This document shows positions 12,491-25,639 of a DNA stretch of 64,000 bases, piece by piece. Below the pieces are notes generated by a model. The model ran no database searches. It was not told the origin of the DNA and worked only from the letters and a program-made list of their open reading frames with translations. How positions within the stretch are numbered: the stretch's first letter is position 1; each line of letters begins with the position of its first letter. The DNA is from Hydrolagus colliei (lineage: Eukaryota). The position numbers were made by a program, and so were the translations under genes. The stretch is taken from contig CM068744.1 in the NCBI GenBank assembly GCA_035084275.1, positions 99,882,001 to 99,946,000 of the forward strand. Reading direction: 5' to 3'.

Positions 12491-13394
12491 TCCACTGGTA
12501 ACCGAGGTGAAGTCCTTTTTCACTGTTGCTTTTAAATGGTGCTATTATTGGACACTGACTTCAAACACTTTAAAATGTATGCTTCAGAGTTCTAGTGACA
12601 AGCAGTTCATGGGAAGTAACTCAGGGAATGATGGAAGGAGAGATGCTTTAATAGGGACAGTCTTCAAGTCCTCTTACAGTTAATATTTTGTCCTGAATAG
12701 ATGTGCTGCATGCAGTGCTGGCAGGCTGCCACCTCCTGTTATCAGCAAAACTGGAGCTTCTGCCTAAAATTAAAATCTAGCTGATGGCCCTTGGCTGATT
12801 GTTCATCTTCTGACCAAAATCGAGAAGCAGTAATTAGTTGTGATGTAGTGGGTAAGGGCGGGCGGGCAGGCTGACTGGCTCACTGCTCCACACTCTCAGA
12901 TCTGCGCTTGTGCTGGAAAGACCTGGTTGAGGAAACCTCTTCCAGCGTTACATGGTTAGGACTTGCTGAATAAGACCAAGAGCAGTAATCATTAGGAAAA
13001 TGGAAGAGCTGTTGTCTTGTGAATGACACTCCAAGCAGCTTAGCTCTTTACAAGCTGAAGGTTAAGGAGCATAGTGGTGCAGTGAGTCTAGCCCACAGGG
13101 TAAGCATTCATCATGTTTGTGTGCGTGTGTTTTTTTAAACCTCCTGCTTAAGTGGATGAGAATGTTCTTAAATCTTCTGAATTCCCTAAAGGTGACCAGT
13201 GAGTTTGCAAATACAGGCAGCGCTTGTATATGAACAATAATATCCTCCAGATATTCCATGATGCAGCGTATTATCCGACAAATGTGAGCGGATGAGGGGA
13301 GAGAACGGTTTAAGTTTCAAAATAAATTGACTTGTGCTACCGCAGTCATACAGTCAGTTTTCTTGGTTAAAATGCTAATGTGTTGTTAAGCTCA

Positions 13395-13755
13395 TAGACT
13401 TTGAATTTGTAATTGTGCAGCTATACTCCAATGCAGTTTTGGTGCGAGATGAGCATTCTCGGAGGTGCCGTTCCTTCAATGAGATGTTAAACCGATATTC
13501 CGTCTGCCTGTTCAGATGGACATTAATGTCTCTATTTGGGAGATGGGGGGGGAGGAACGAAGGGAGTTCATCCCCTGTATCCTGGCCAACAATCCCCAGA
13601 TCAAGTTGGTCCTTCACGTCATGGCTATTTGTAGGGCTGTGTGCAAACTGGCTGTCGCATTCACCTGTAAAATATACAGTTACTACGCTTCACAATAAAG
13701 TCTGAAGTGCTTTGAAACATTTTGACGATCGCGATGAGGCGCTGTGTCGAAGGCA
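13395..13755 (+). mobile_element. Old DeuSINE (SacSINE1/AmnSINE1-like, full Deu domain)
   Basis: GGAGGTGCCGTTCCTTCAATGAGATGTTAAACCGA...GTCTGCCTGTTCAGATGGACATTAA...GGGAGTTC...TCCTGGCCAAC resembles the conserved Deu domain. Confidence 0.78.
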
Positions 13756-16088
13756 GAACATCGCAAAGGCTTTTCACGTAGAAAGAAAATTGCTCGACAA
13801 AATGTGTTCTGCTGGAATGTTAGTGTCAGTGCTTTTAACGTGTCTACAAATGATCTTCATAGTGTGCAACATGAAGTGGGATTGACATGTATTACTTTAA
13901 ATGTATACTGTACTGGTAGTCAGCATTCCTGCAGTTCGGTTATGGGGATTTTCCAAGTTGCAAAGTATGGCCCAATTATCCTAATGTCTTTTAAAACTTG
14001 CTACGCCTTTCCCTTGCGCCTCTCCCTTCAGTGCTTAATAAAGCTAATATTTTTCTCTGGCGGTGTCTTCACATTTCCTGCTAGGCGTGATTTACGTCAC
14101 AAAATCATTCCCAGAAAGTAGCTGAAGCAGAACAAGTGCCGGAGAGGTCACAACTAGCTTTAACGTGGGTGTGGACTGGACGCTGGGGGAGACGGAATGT
14201 GCGTCAAAGTGCCCTGGTTAGACAAGCAGAATGGTGCTCAGGTAAAACGCTCTGGATTCTGAACGCTTAAATGTGACGTGGAAAGAAAATGCGATTGTTC
14301 TGACCATGAACAGAAAAGCAGGCGTCTCTCATGACCCCCACAGGCTGCAGGCTCAAATAGAAGCGAGGCTAAAATATGATACAACACCAACATATCGAAC
14401 ACATCTCCCAGTCAAAGGTGCTCTTTTTTAAGCTACTAAATTTTGGTTGATTTAGTTTATCGTTGTTGAGTATAGTGAAGGATCGGCACATTTAAGTAAT
14501 GTACTGTATACAGCGTAATTGTATCTAACTTATGTTCCCTGCTGAGGGGAAACAAAAGAATCTGTTCAAATTCTGATCTGAGGCAGTTACTTTGAACATT
14601 CATCTCATTATAATGAGAAGCTTTCCCTTTGGCCCCGTAGCTAATTGAGTGAAAAGAATGATGAGATTTCTCTCTCTAACACACACACTCACACACACAT
14701 TGTATAAATGTCAATTTGTAATGTACTGGCCCTGGCTGCAAGTACACTGAGGGAAATATTGTATCTGGATTGATCCAAAAGCACCTCTGTGTTATAGACA
14801 TTGGTGTATCTGCTGCCCCAAATACTGGGTGGAGTTTTGGAGATCCAGCTGTCCATGGAAGTATCCTCAGGGAAAGTATTGTCCTGCAATTCTATCACGA
14901 ATGAGTATCTTTTTTAAGAGAGGAATTGGACAAGAAAGTACTTGTTGCAACTACAGTGTTGAACACGTTCATTAAAAATGTACAGTCAGCTGTATAAAAG
15001 TTACACTCAGATGGGTCCTTTTGTTATCATGTTAATACAGTACTGCACCTTTTCAAGCAAACTTTAAAACTTTTTTTTTAAAGCTCAGTGACCAACCAGG
15101 ATTGTTATTTACCCTGAGACATCCTCTGGACATGAAAGGCAGTACAGTATATAAACGTCAATACATATTGTAAACTCTCTTTAATTTGGGCCTGAGTTTT
15201 TAGTCAATTGGGAAATGGCCATGACCCATTTATTTTAGAATTGATAATGAAATGTCCGGTTTTAAAAGGAAACAAAACAGGCCTGCAATAGGTCAAAGTA
15301 ACTAAGTACAGTAACTCCTCTCTCTATTAAATCTGGAGTTTGGTTGTAATTGGCTTCCAACCACCTGCCCTCATCCCAACGAAAAGATTTGCCACTTGGG
15401 AGGGCTGCCAGTGCTGCTCACAAAACACAGAGTGCAATAGCACTCTGTCAATTTGTGTGTTTGCTTTGGGTAGTGTACCTGGCCTTTTTATTGCCATGAA
15501 TCGCAATGGTTGCCACCCAAGCAGTTTAAAAAGCATTTGAGTGGAAGGTCCTTCAAATTACCCCCATTTGATGTTTCCATTGTTGATTCCAGTAATAAAT
15601 TTGGGTGAGAGTTTCATGTGGGTAAGCTGCTCTATACATCAGAATTTCCCTGTGTTTGGAATGGAGTCTACACTTGTTGGAGGGATTCACCCTACTTATC
15701 TGTTTACGGAGATTATTAGATGCTAGATTGATAAGGTTTGGAGACCTCAGATGCAATTGGGAGTGCTGCCGGAGTTCAACTAACTAAAATTTTCATAACT
15801 TACTATTAAGAGCACTATCTGGCAAGCTCCATGCTGCTTGTCCAGCTAGGACAACCTTACCATTTGGACTTTGGTCTGCAAGGTTAACAGGAGCTGAGGT
15901 GGAATAATCCCTGACCTCCATGGGTAGGACTTGGAGAAGCAAACTGGTTACCTGGTTGGTCTGTCATCAGTAGTGCCTTAGATTGTGTTGAATTTGAAAT
16001 GGATTCCCAACACACAAGGGGAAAAAAAAAGCAAAAGCATTTTGGAAGATGTAGAGATGGGTACAGACTGAAATACTGTAAAGACATA

Positions 16089-16306
16089 CAGTAAAAGCCC
16101 ATTTATCCGGCACCCTTGGGACCTGGCCAATGCCGGTTAAAGCGCATGCCGGATATTCGGCCAAAAACACACAAATATAATATATTCTTTTAAATACTGC
16201 ATTGTGCCAGATAAATTCAGGTTAATCGAATACGGACCTTTTTTTTGAGGTGCTGGTTATAAGTAAGTTACGGTTGATCAGGTCACAGATAAACGAGCTT
16301 TTACTG
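16089..16306. mobile_element. Tc1/mariner (Tigger/pogo-like) MITE, 218 bp
   Basis: TA on both sides; TIR CAGTAAAAGCCCATTTATC / GATAAACGAGCTTTTACTG (17 of 19 match). Confidence 0.85.
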
Positions 16307-16854
16307 TACTTCAGTGCTATTTGTGCCACTAAGACTGCAACTGGATAGAGTGGAGGGAAGGAGGCCAAGGTTGAATGATGTAGACATTTGGATGAATCAG
16401 CAATTTGATGTGTTTTGAGTCTCTAACCTTGTGGTTACCAAGGATGTATGTGGGATGAAGACTATAATAAACATATTCTTTGAGTGGATGTGGAAGTAGG
16501 ATGCTTGATTTCCCAAGTGATCTTTTCTTCTGGACTAACTCTGATTTATTTTGTTATTAAGGAGTTGGGAAACGAAGCACTGTTTGCTTTAGATTTATTG
16601 TACCTGTCTCTCTCTGAACCGGTGCTATAGAATAGGCAGCAGATGGATTTATATCAGGAATTGGGTTAATCTCAATGTATAAATGCTACCGCATTATTCA
16701 AGATTGTGAAAGTTCATGCACAAGTTTGAATCAAGATCTTTCTGCCCATTTGATTTTGCCCATCCAAAAAACCCACCATTCTATCTTGTCATTACAATGT
16801 TGCTGAGCTGTTCTAAATGTAGTGATCCTCACTCAATCCCACTTCCTTGTAACT

Positions 16855-17116
16855 AGGCAGGTCAGGGAGAAATCTTGGGCAAGTTTCCTTACCCAATAAG
16901 TTTCCTTGCCTAATAATAATCCCTAAAAAAAAACAGTAATAAAATTGGTCATTTCAATCCACCACTGTTTGTGAGACGCTGCTGTGTGCAATTGACTGCC
17001 GTGTTTCACCCACATATATACAGTCAATTCACTTCCACTGTATTCTGTGGAGAGCTTTGAGACATCTAGAAGATGTGAAAAGCCCTATGTCAAATGCAAG
17101 GATTATTATAATTATT
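16855..17116 (+). mobile_element. 5'-truncated tRNA-derived SINE
   Basis: CTTGGGCAAGTTTCCTTAC...core...CAAATGCAAGGATTATT. Confidence 0.85.
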
Positions 17117-17555
17117 TAAGGGATATATGGCAAGGGCGGGTAATTAGGCTTGAAGAGAGATCACCCATGAGTTTATAAGATAGCGGAACAGGTTTAAGGG
17201 GCTGAATACTCACGTAATTCTAAAGACAGATAGACATTTATTACCTCATCAGAAGTATAGTACTTGTACCAATGCAGTAGTATTCACAGTGGAGTGCTAA
17301 TCCAGATTGAGATTAAAGTCCTAACGACCTCTGAAATTCTGCTAGGGCTGCGAATTTGTGTACTGTCTCTAGGACTGGGCTAGTACCCTCTTATGTTGTC
17401 TTGATCAATTATTATTATTGATCAGAACGGTATGGAATATTCTCACTCCAACTCGACTAGACCTCTGCACAGACAGCTGCACAGAATTTCTGCTCCTATC
17501 AGTTCTTTCCAGGCACTTTTCTATAAGTTATTATATAAGTTTTCTATAAGTTATT

Positions 17556-17736
17556 CCTCACTTCCTCCGCCCCCTCCCTTCCCAGTTTCAGGTCACAGCG
17601 AAAGACCTTTCTCTTCGACCGCACCATTGGTCACCTTTCTACCCCTGCCCCTGGCTCGGTCCTGGGATCCGTTACTGTGAAGCGCTCTGAGATGCCGTCC
17701 GGCGTGGAGGGCGCTGTATAAATTGAAGTTGTTGTT
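17556..17736 (+). mobile_element. L2 3' UTR/tail, same young subfamily as 30853-31739
   Basis: TTCCCAGTTTCAGGTCACAG...GTGAAGCGCTCTGAGATGCCGTCCGGCGTGGAGGGCGCTGTATAAATTGAAGTTGTTGTT. Confidence 0.85.
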
Positions 17737-19984
17737 AGAACTGATTGACCTTCTGAAACTGGGTGTTTGAAGCCTCTTTGTGTCTTGCCCACATTTTTAA
17801 ACATTCAAGCCATAGTGAATCAAGGCAGATGATCAGCTGCGAGGACTGGTTCTGAGTTACGTAGATTTTGCAATGAAGAACCTCTTGTGTGGTTTTTATG
17901 AAGCTCTCAGATGTGGGTTCACTGAAACTTGGAAATTTCCACTGCAGTCAGGAGCTACTCCTCTGTATTCCCCGGGGAGTTTCAGATATTTGTAATATGC
18001 TGCCTCCCTCTGAATTTGCCCGAAAAAAAAAGCCCTCGGTGTCTGTTCTGGAGCCGAGTTAAAATGTTTCAAGAAATCATAAGTGTCACTCAGACGAATT
18101 GCAGTTTTACAAAAGATGATGCTTTTCTAAACACTGCAAGAGTTGTGCAAAGGAAGTTAAGACAATCACAAAGTCTTCCATGTTTGTCAGATTGAGAACA
18201 GCTTTCACTGTGTTTTTATTCTAAAATGTCATCCCAAGAATCTACAGCCAATGATTCAGTTTGTTTTCTTCCCTCAAGGCCTGACTCATTTCACGCTAAC
18301 CACAAGTTCCTGCCACTCTACCTCTTCCAAATAGCTGTCCTTCATGTGTGAACCCAGGCAATTTTGCAGGTTAACTGATTTTCCTACCTCTTCCACATCC
18401 TCCTCCCAAAAAGATTGAGAAAATAATAATAAGAATAATAATCCTTCCATTTGACAAAGTGTCTTGAGACACCTTGAAGCGCTTCACAGTATATAGTGTG
18501 AAGTCAATTGACTATTTTGTGGGTGAAACGTGGATTAAAAAATATATAATAGCTATTAGTTAATACAAATCTGTTCCAAAGATGGACTTGTATTGACCAT
18601 GAGCAAATCTTAACAGTTTAGGGGAGGGTGGTAAGAATGTGGAACTTGCTGCTGGAAATGGTGATTTTCTAGCAAAAAGAGGACACTCGATGTACGAATG
18701 AAGAAGAATGGAATAAAAATGGGAGGGGGGGATCAGGAATTGTGGAAATTTGTGTAACGGTATAATCACTAACATGGAATAATTGGGCCCGAATGACCCA
18801 GTCAGATTCTGCACATTCTTTGCAATTTCTGCTGTCTCTCATTCGAAAATATGAGTGCCTGTTGCTGATACCAGAACCAAAGTGTCCTTGTTTAACAAAA
18901 AACTTATTTAGGTTGAGAGACAAAGTACAGTACAGTACTGTAATTCCCTTCTTAAAATCAACCTGCCCTGACTTTCTAGCCTCACCTCCGTTCCAGCTTC
19001 AATGTTCCAGCTTCCTTAAACAAGGCGCAATCGGATACCAATTTCCACCCCGTAATCTCACTGTTTCTGTCGCCACTGGAGCTATGGTAACTCTATGGAT
19101 TTGATGCTCAGTTTGGAGGAAAGACCAGGACATTGTGACCTTGGCAGCGTTGGAATCTAAAATTCCAGTATTAAAATGTTGCATTGTGTATCTGTGCTGA
19201 TAGTGGTTCAGTCCTTTGGTTTCGTACAATATAGTAGATTGTGGTGGGGATCTTCTACTGTTACGATAGAGAGCTGTAACTTTTACAATACAATCAGGAT
19301 TCACGTACAGTATGGACCTTTCATATTGGGCGGATATCCCAAAGTTCTTTACGGGAGAGAGAGAGAGGAAGTTTGAAGTTGGAGAAAGTTTCTTCGGGGA
19401 GCGAGGGAAATGACACAAAGAAAATGACCTTGAAATAAAGCTTTGTTACATATACTGTGTGCACTCTTGAAGATTACGGCCATTCTCAGGGAAATGCTGT
19501 AGCATTCCTATTGCGTGAAGTTAGCGAGATACCAATGTCATTGAATTTAATAAATAGGTGGTATTTGGGTAAAGGCGGAGGCAGATTAAGTGTATATGAG
19601 TAAAGTGACTCTCCCTCAATTGATTCTTATGTGTGACTGAGTGGTGTGTTTGTCTCATTTTATATGAATACACATATCACAGTGCAGCCATGGCAACCGA
19701 AGTTATTGATGCAATGGATTTGGATAATAGGATTTTTTTTCAATCCTTTCTCCTCTTTCTCTGCATGGCCGCCCCCCCCCCCCCCCCCCCCCCGCCCCAC
19801 CTCCCCCCCCACCTCCACGCCACCACACAACTTTAAAACTGTGCCTCAAGGAACCAGCAGAAACAACTTCCACGAGTTTCTCTCTCCAGAAATCTTCTCT
19901 TTGGAAATAGTTAACAAATAAATATATATATATATCTTTCCCCCCAGTTGTTAAATCGATTGCTGGCGGATTGCTTTTCCGGGG

Positions 19985-20315
19985 TGGGGTAATAATCCCT
20001 CATAATAATAATCCCTCAAAAAATGTAGTCACTCAGTCCACGACTGTATCCCCATGTTTCGCCCACAAATATACAGTCAGTTTTCTGCGCTCCTTCTCTC
20101 TCCCCTCCACCCCCCCCCCCCCTCCCCCGTCCCGTCCTGCTATGGTCCCTACCTTGAGACGTTGCTCTATTCTGTGAAGCGCTTCGAGACGTTGTCGATA
20201 AGACGTGGAAAGCGCTATATCAACGTAAGGATTATTATTCCACATGAATATTGGGAGCGCGTTGAGACGTCTCGACGTCGCGCTAAGACACCGCCTCAAA
20301 GGCAAGTATTAATAC
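19985..20315 (+). mobile_element. SINE fragment with an internal C-rich insert and a doubled tail
   Basis: TAATAATCCCTCAAAAAA...CCACAAATATACAGTCA, C-rich insert at about 20085-20168, then two GAGACGT-containing tails; CpG-rich. Confidence 0.7.
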
Positions 20316-20794
20316 GATGCTGATGATGCCACCCTGATGACTGACTGACTGACTGACTGACTGACAACCGATTGCAGTGGCTGTGGAAAGGCGATTAACT
20401 GGGAGTGCCACTGAAGGAGAGACACTGGGAGGGAGGGAGGGAGGGAGGGACCTGTTCAGAGTTGCCCAAGTCCACCAGCTGACTGGCTGTGCCTGGCACT
20501 CACTCCTCACTCCTTTCTACTGCCATCTCTGCAGTTCTAAGCAGCAGAAAGTGAAATGCTTTGACCTCCCAATTGTATGTATGTGTGTGTGTGTGTGTGT
20601 GTGCTCTACTTGCTGCCCCAGTTCGGTTCCCATAGCTACCTTCTTGACTGAAGCCCACTGGACGATTTCCCTTTGTATCTGACATCCCATTGAACAAAGC
20701 CCAAACCTGATACTGTGGTGTGTGTGTGTGAGTCACAGTAAATGTGCTGCAAATTCATCAATGCTGCATTATTTCTAATCCAAACTTATCCACG

Positions 20795-20966
20795 TCGAGA
20801 GAGGGAGGGAGGAGAGAGAGAGAGGGAGGGGGGGGGAGGGAGGGAGGGAGGAGAGAGAGGGAGGGAGGGGGGGGGGGAGGAGAGGGAGGGGGGGGAGGGA
20901 GGGAGGGAGGAGAGAGAGGGAGGGAGGGGGGGGGGGAGGAGAGGGAGGGGGGGGGGGGGGGGGGCG
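20795..20966 (+). repeat. Polypurine (G/A) tract with GGGA repeats and long G runs
   Basis: About 170 nt essentially without pyrimidines. Confidence 0.9.
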
Positions 20967-21428
20967 AAGGAGAAAGTCCATTCATGAAAAGGAATTGCGA
21001 ATACAGTAGTTTCCAAAGAGAGTTCGGAGTTTGAAAAGTGAGCAGAGCCAGTTAATGGCTGTGATGGGAAAGGTAACCGGCTGTACTGTACTGTACTGTA
21101 CTGGGGGGGAAGTGATACCAACACAGTCAGTGGCCTCCCCCAGACACACTGGGCTGTGCAGCTCAATAGTGAATGTGTGGTATTGTTTAGCTCCTGGAAC
21201 TCTTTGTTGGCTATAAGTACTTCTGGANNNNNNNNNNNNNNNNNNNNNNNNNNNNNNNNNNNNNNNNNNNNNNNNNNNNNNNNNNNNNNNNNNNNNNNNN
21301 NNNNNNNNNNNNNNNNNNNNNNNNNNNNNNNNNNNNNNNNNNNNNNNNNNNNNNNNNNNNNNNNNNNNNNNNNNNNNNNNNNNNNNNNNNNNNNNNNNNN
21401 NNNNNNNNNNNNNNNNNNNNNNNNNNNN

Positions 21429-21703
21429 TGACTGAGTGCCTGACTGAGTGAGTGAGTGAGTGAGTGAGTGACTGAGTGAGTGAGTGCCTGACTGACTGAC
21501 TGAGTGAGTGAGTGAGTGAGTGAGTGAGTGAGTGACAGACAGACAGACTGACTGAGTGAGTGCCTGACTGAGTGAGTGAGTGAGTGAGTGAGTGAGTGAG
21601 TGCCTGACTGACTGACTGACTGAGTGAGTGAATGAGTAGAGTGCCTGAGTGAATGAGTGACTGCCTGAGTGAGTGAATGACAGACTGACTGACTGAGTGC
21701 CTG
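21429..21703 (+). repeat. Compound (TGAG)n/(TGAC)n microsatellite with TGCC punctuation, bounded by gaps
   Basis: Directly visible in the sequence. Confidence 0.92.
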
Positions 21704-23645
21704 NNNNNNNNNNNNNNNNNNNNNNNNNNNNNNNNNNNNNNNNNNNNNNNNNNNNNNNNNNNNNNNNNNNNNNNNNNNNNNNNNNNNNNNNNNNNNNNNN
21801 NNNNNNNNNNNNNNNNNNNNNNNNNNNNNNNNNNNTCATTTTAGCCCGAAAACTTATTTCTAAATAACTGCGGTGAGCAAAGGAGGGAAGGTGGTGGGGA
21901 GGGGGACTGGTGGTGATGGAGGGAGGGAGGGAGGTGACTAGTAACAGATTGCTTTATCAACCCTGTGTCAGTGGGTGCTGCTGAATTCCCAGACGAGCAA
22001 AGTGAAGCAAAGGCTGGCTTGGCTGCCAGCTGAGAGACACACACACACACAGACAGACAGACAGACAGAGAGAGAGGGAGAGGGAGGCACAGAAACACAC
22101 ACAAACACACACAGTGTGCAGCCAGTGAGAGGAAAGGATTTACACGATCAGCTGCTGCTTTGGGGGNNNNNNNNNNNNNNNNNNNNNNNNNNNNNNNNNN
22201 NNNNNNNNNNNNNNNNNNNNNNNNNNNNNNNNNNNNNNNNNNNNNNNNNNNNNNNNNNNNNNNNNNNNNNNNNNNNNNNNNNNNNNNNNNNNNNNNNNAG
22301 CTGCAGAGAATGTAGTGACCTACTCCAAACAGGCAGCAGGAGGCCATGTAAGGTTTCTAATCCACCCTCTGTCTGTCTCTCTCCCTCCCTCCCTCACTCC
22401 CTCCCTCCTTCCTTGTGTGCTTCACTCACTCATTCACTCACTAGTCGCTGTGTGCGTTTGTGACAGTCTCTGTAGAGGTGAGTAAGACTCAGTTCCTGGA
22501 CTAACCTCACTGGACAGGGCTTTGTTTGTTGCCTCAATCCAAACACGTTGACTTCAAATGATTCATATGCGAGAGTTTGTGTGTGTGAGTGAGTGTGTGT
22601 GTGTCCACTTTAAAACACTCTCGTGTTCTCTCTCTCTCTCTCTCTACACATGTGCTTCCAGGGCTAACAGTTTTGTTGCTGTTGCATTGCAAATGTTCTC
22701 CTCCTAAGCCTTTATAAAAATGTATTCGTTAGTTTCTTTCTACCTGTGTGTGTGTGTGTGTGGGGGGGGGGGTGGGGATGGGGGGGGGTTTAACTGCAAT
22801 AATAAAGTACAAATCATTTGCTGGGGGAGTTTCTTTTTTGGAAAAAAGCAATCGAAAAAAGAAAAATTGCCTCTAATAGAAAAGCAAATGCTGTTCTTGT
22901 AGTTGGGGAAGAGTCTTTGTGTGTGTGTGTGTGTGAGTGTGAGCTGGTGTGAGTGTGGTGGGAGAAGGCAAAATCATGATACAACTGCAGTATTTTGGGG
23001 GAGTTTTCTCTCCCTCCCTCCCTAGCAAATGACACTTGAAAGCGATGAGATGTTACTGTACAACCTGTATTGTTCTGGCAGTTTGTGAGGCTGTGGTGTT
23101 TGATGTTCCTTTTTTTTATATAAAAAAACACACAAAATAATGAAATGGGATCAGCATGTGTGCTTTGCTCACGATTTGCTCTAGCGAATGGACCTCAAAG
23201 GAGACATCCCTTATTTAGTTCAGAGAAAAACCTGCTTTATTTTATCAGTGAAATAGGTTGAGGCTCTCTCGCCTGTGTGTTATGTCTGCTGGGCTGTGTC
23301 ATTCTGTTTGAATCTGCACACGAGACTGTGGTGGAGAATTCCAGCAAGGAATCTGATAGGGGCTGGCTTCGGATTAACTTGTTCAGAGTTGGACGTAACG
23401 CAGAGTACATATAGTTCCAAAGATGAGCTTGTGATGTGGAATTTTGGTTCAGGCCCGAATCTAAGATTGTCCGGCTTCAATATACTGTACCAGGAAGGCT
23501 ACAGCCGGTCCTAAACTGTCAGGAAATCCTGACACTGGGGGACTGTGAGATGGATCCACCCAAAGTGTGAAACCGCGCACGACACCGATGAGCGACATGG
23601 ATGCAGAAAGTCGAATTGAAATCGCCAAATGGCTCAGATCAGATG

Positions 23646-23996
23646 ATAATAATAATAATAATCCTTGCAATTGATACAGCGCTTTTCACATCTTATCGAC
23701 GTCTCAAAGCGCTTCACGGAATATACTGTAAAGTGAATTGACCGCAAATATATTTGTGGGCGAATCGCGGCAGCCGATTGCGCACAGCGGTGTCCCCACA
23801 AACAGTCGTGGAATTGAAATGACCAATTTTATTATTGTGGTTTTTTTTTGGAGGGATTATTATTAGGCGTGTGGAGTAAGGAAACTTGCCCAAGGTTTGG
23901 CCCTGACCTGCCCTGGATTGGAACACAGGTTTCCCCAGCTTGGTCTCCCCAGCTTGCAAGAGAAATGCTCTAACCACTGAGCCACAGGAGCTCCAC
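23646..23996 (-). mobile_element. Full-length tRNA-derived SINE, CpG-rich
   Basis: Complete head (anticodon-like TTGCAA, consistent with a tRNA-Ala origin), core and (ATT)n tail on the minus strand. Confidence 0.88.
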
Positions 23997-25639
23997 ATAG
24001 ATGCACCCTAGTAATGCTTATCTGTTTTTTTACAATAGCACAGCCAAGTAGGACATGATGGAAAGTAGGAAGTGCCCCTGCATCAGACAGATTCTCCTCC
24101 ACTTTCATTCTGGTGCAGTGGAATAGTTTGATTATCTCCTAATTTACAGCGATGGCTCGCTGTCCACACCACTTCCTCAGGCTGGCCACGCGCACTCTGG
24201 TTATACAGTCAGATCCAGTGATGTGGATCCTGTGCCTGGCATCCCGACGGTCAACGCAAATGCTCAGGAAAGTAATAATAATAATCCTTGCATTTGATAC
24301 AGCGGCAGCCAATTGCGCACAGCAGCGTCCCCACAAACAGTCGTGGATTGAAATGTTATTTTTAAGTGATATTGTTGACTAAATTTCACATTACAGTTCA
24401 TTTGAGTTAGTTTTACTCAACTGGGTTTCCTCTAAATCAGGCACAGGTTTTGGCAAGAGCGCTTGAGAATGCGCACTGGACTGACGACCGGCATTGAACT
24501 CCTCCATACCTCACCATGAGTTCACTGGTTGCCAGTTATTGCCATATGGTCCAAAGCGACTAGACAAATGGGAATTTCCTGACCGGCTGGCCACGTTTAT
24601 AACCTGGCCCGCTTTGCAATTCATTGGCCCAAACCTTGAGGTATAACTAGGTCTGACTGGATCGAGTCCGCCTTTTGGACTCTGGCCTCAATCCAAAGCA
24701 GTTTCCAAAAGAACAATTTTGGAATTTTGTGCCTGGCCACACTCGGAAGCACGAATAGTTTACCACAGATTACACACTCAACCTTTTTTTCTGTGTGATG
24801 GCTCTGAGAAGGAGATGGCTCTGGATCAATAATCCAGCAAGTAAAACAGAATTTGGATGAGGTGTGGATACCCTAACCAATAAGTCAGTGCCATGCAGCC
24901 CTCTCCTGCATCCACTGCTGGGACTTCAAACCAGCTACTGCGCAGAAATAGCCAGAGGGACCAAAATTCACTAGTCTTTCATATCCACAATTAAGTACTG
25001 TACATTAAGTCTTAGAACCAATAGATATTTATAGAAGAAAGCTGTTTGGTCCATTGTTTCAGTGCTGGCCGTTCGAGAACAATCCTTTCAGAGACTACAT
25101 TTACCTGCTGTTTTTCCTGGCAAATTTACTACTTTGTAGATATCGATAAATCCTTGCGTTTGATATAGTGCCTTGTCACAAAATATACACTGTTCTGGAC
25201 CTTCAGCATGGAGTTCCATGTCCTAACATGGGCTTTGAACCCACAACTTCCAAACTCCAAGGTGACTTGGAGTTAACAATTGAGCTGGGATGACTGACAC
25301 ACTGGTTCTCTGACTGTTTCTAATATAGGTCATACTTGAAAACTAATATGTATCATATTATACTGCACTATAGACGGGATATTAGAGCTATGCTGAAAGT
25401 GTTGCATATGATCACTAGAATTATACCAGAGATAAGTGGATATGTAGCAGTTAGGAAGAGAGACTACAGAGGATGTACTGTAGTTGTTTTAAATTTAATG
25501 AAGGTTTTTGAGAGGTAAAAATCCGGCACTGTTTATGCTGGTAGAGAGGTCATGAATTTCAGATAAGTGTGAAAAGGGACTTTGGGTTTGGAAGATTTGG
25601 ATTCTCTCCCAGAGCAGTATTGGGATAGGAAATCATTTG

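Larger units (their letters stand above)
20330..22483 (+). promoter_or_regulatory. Candidate promoter / non-coding first-exon region of PLEKHG1
   Basis: No SINE/LINE insertions over more than 3 kb; dense in (TGAC)n, (TGAG)n, (GT)n and G/A tracts; three assembly gaps; splice donors AAG|GTAACC (21072/21073) and a consensus AG|GTGAGT (22477/22478) in the PLEKHG1 orientation; flanking SINE copies retain many CpGs. Confidence 0.45.

Noticed and set aside
21055-21072. ATG GCT GTG ATG GGA AAG|GT as a coding first exon of PLEKHG1
   Set aside because: It ends in phase 0, but the 35119 acceptor needs phase 1; splicing would feed the uORF frame that stops at 35187.
20742-22463. ORFs across the polypurine tract and the N gaps
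   Set aside because: Low-complexity or N-filled translations.
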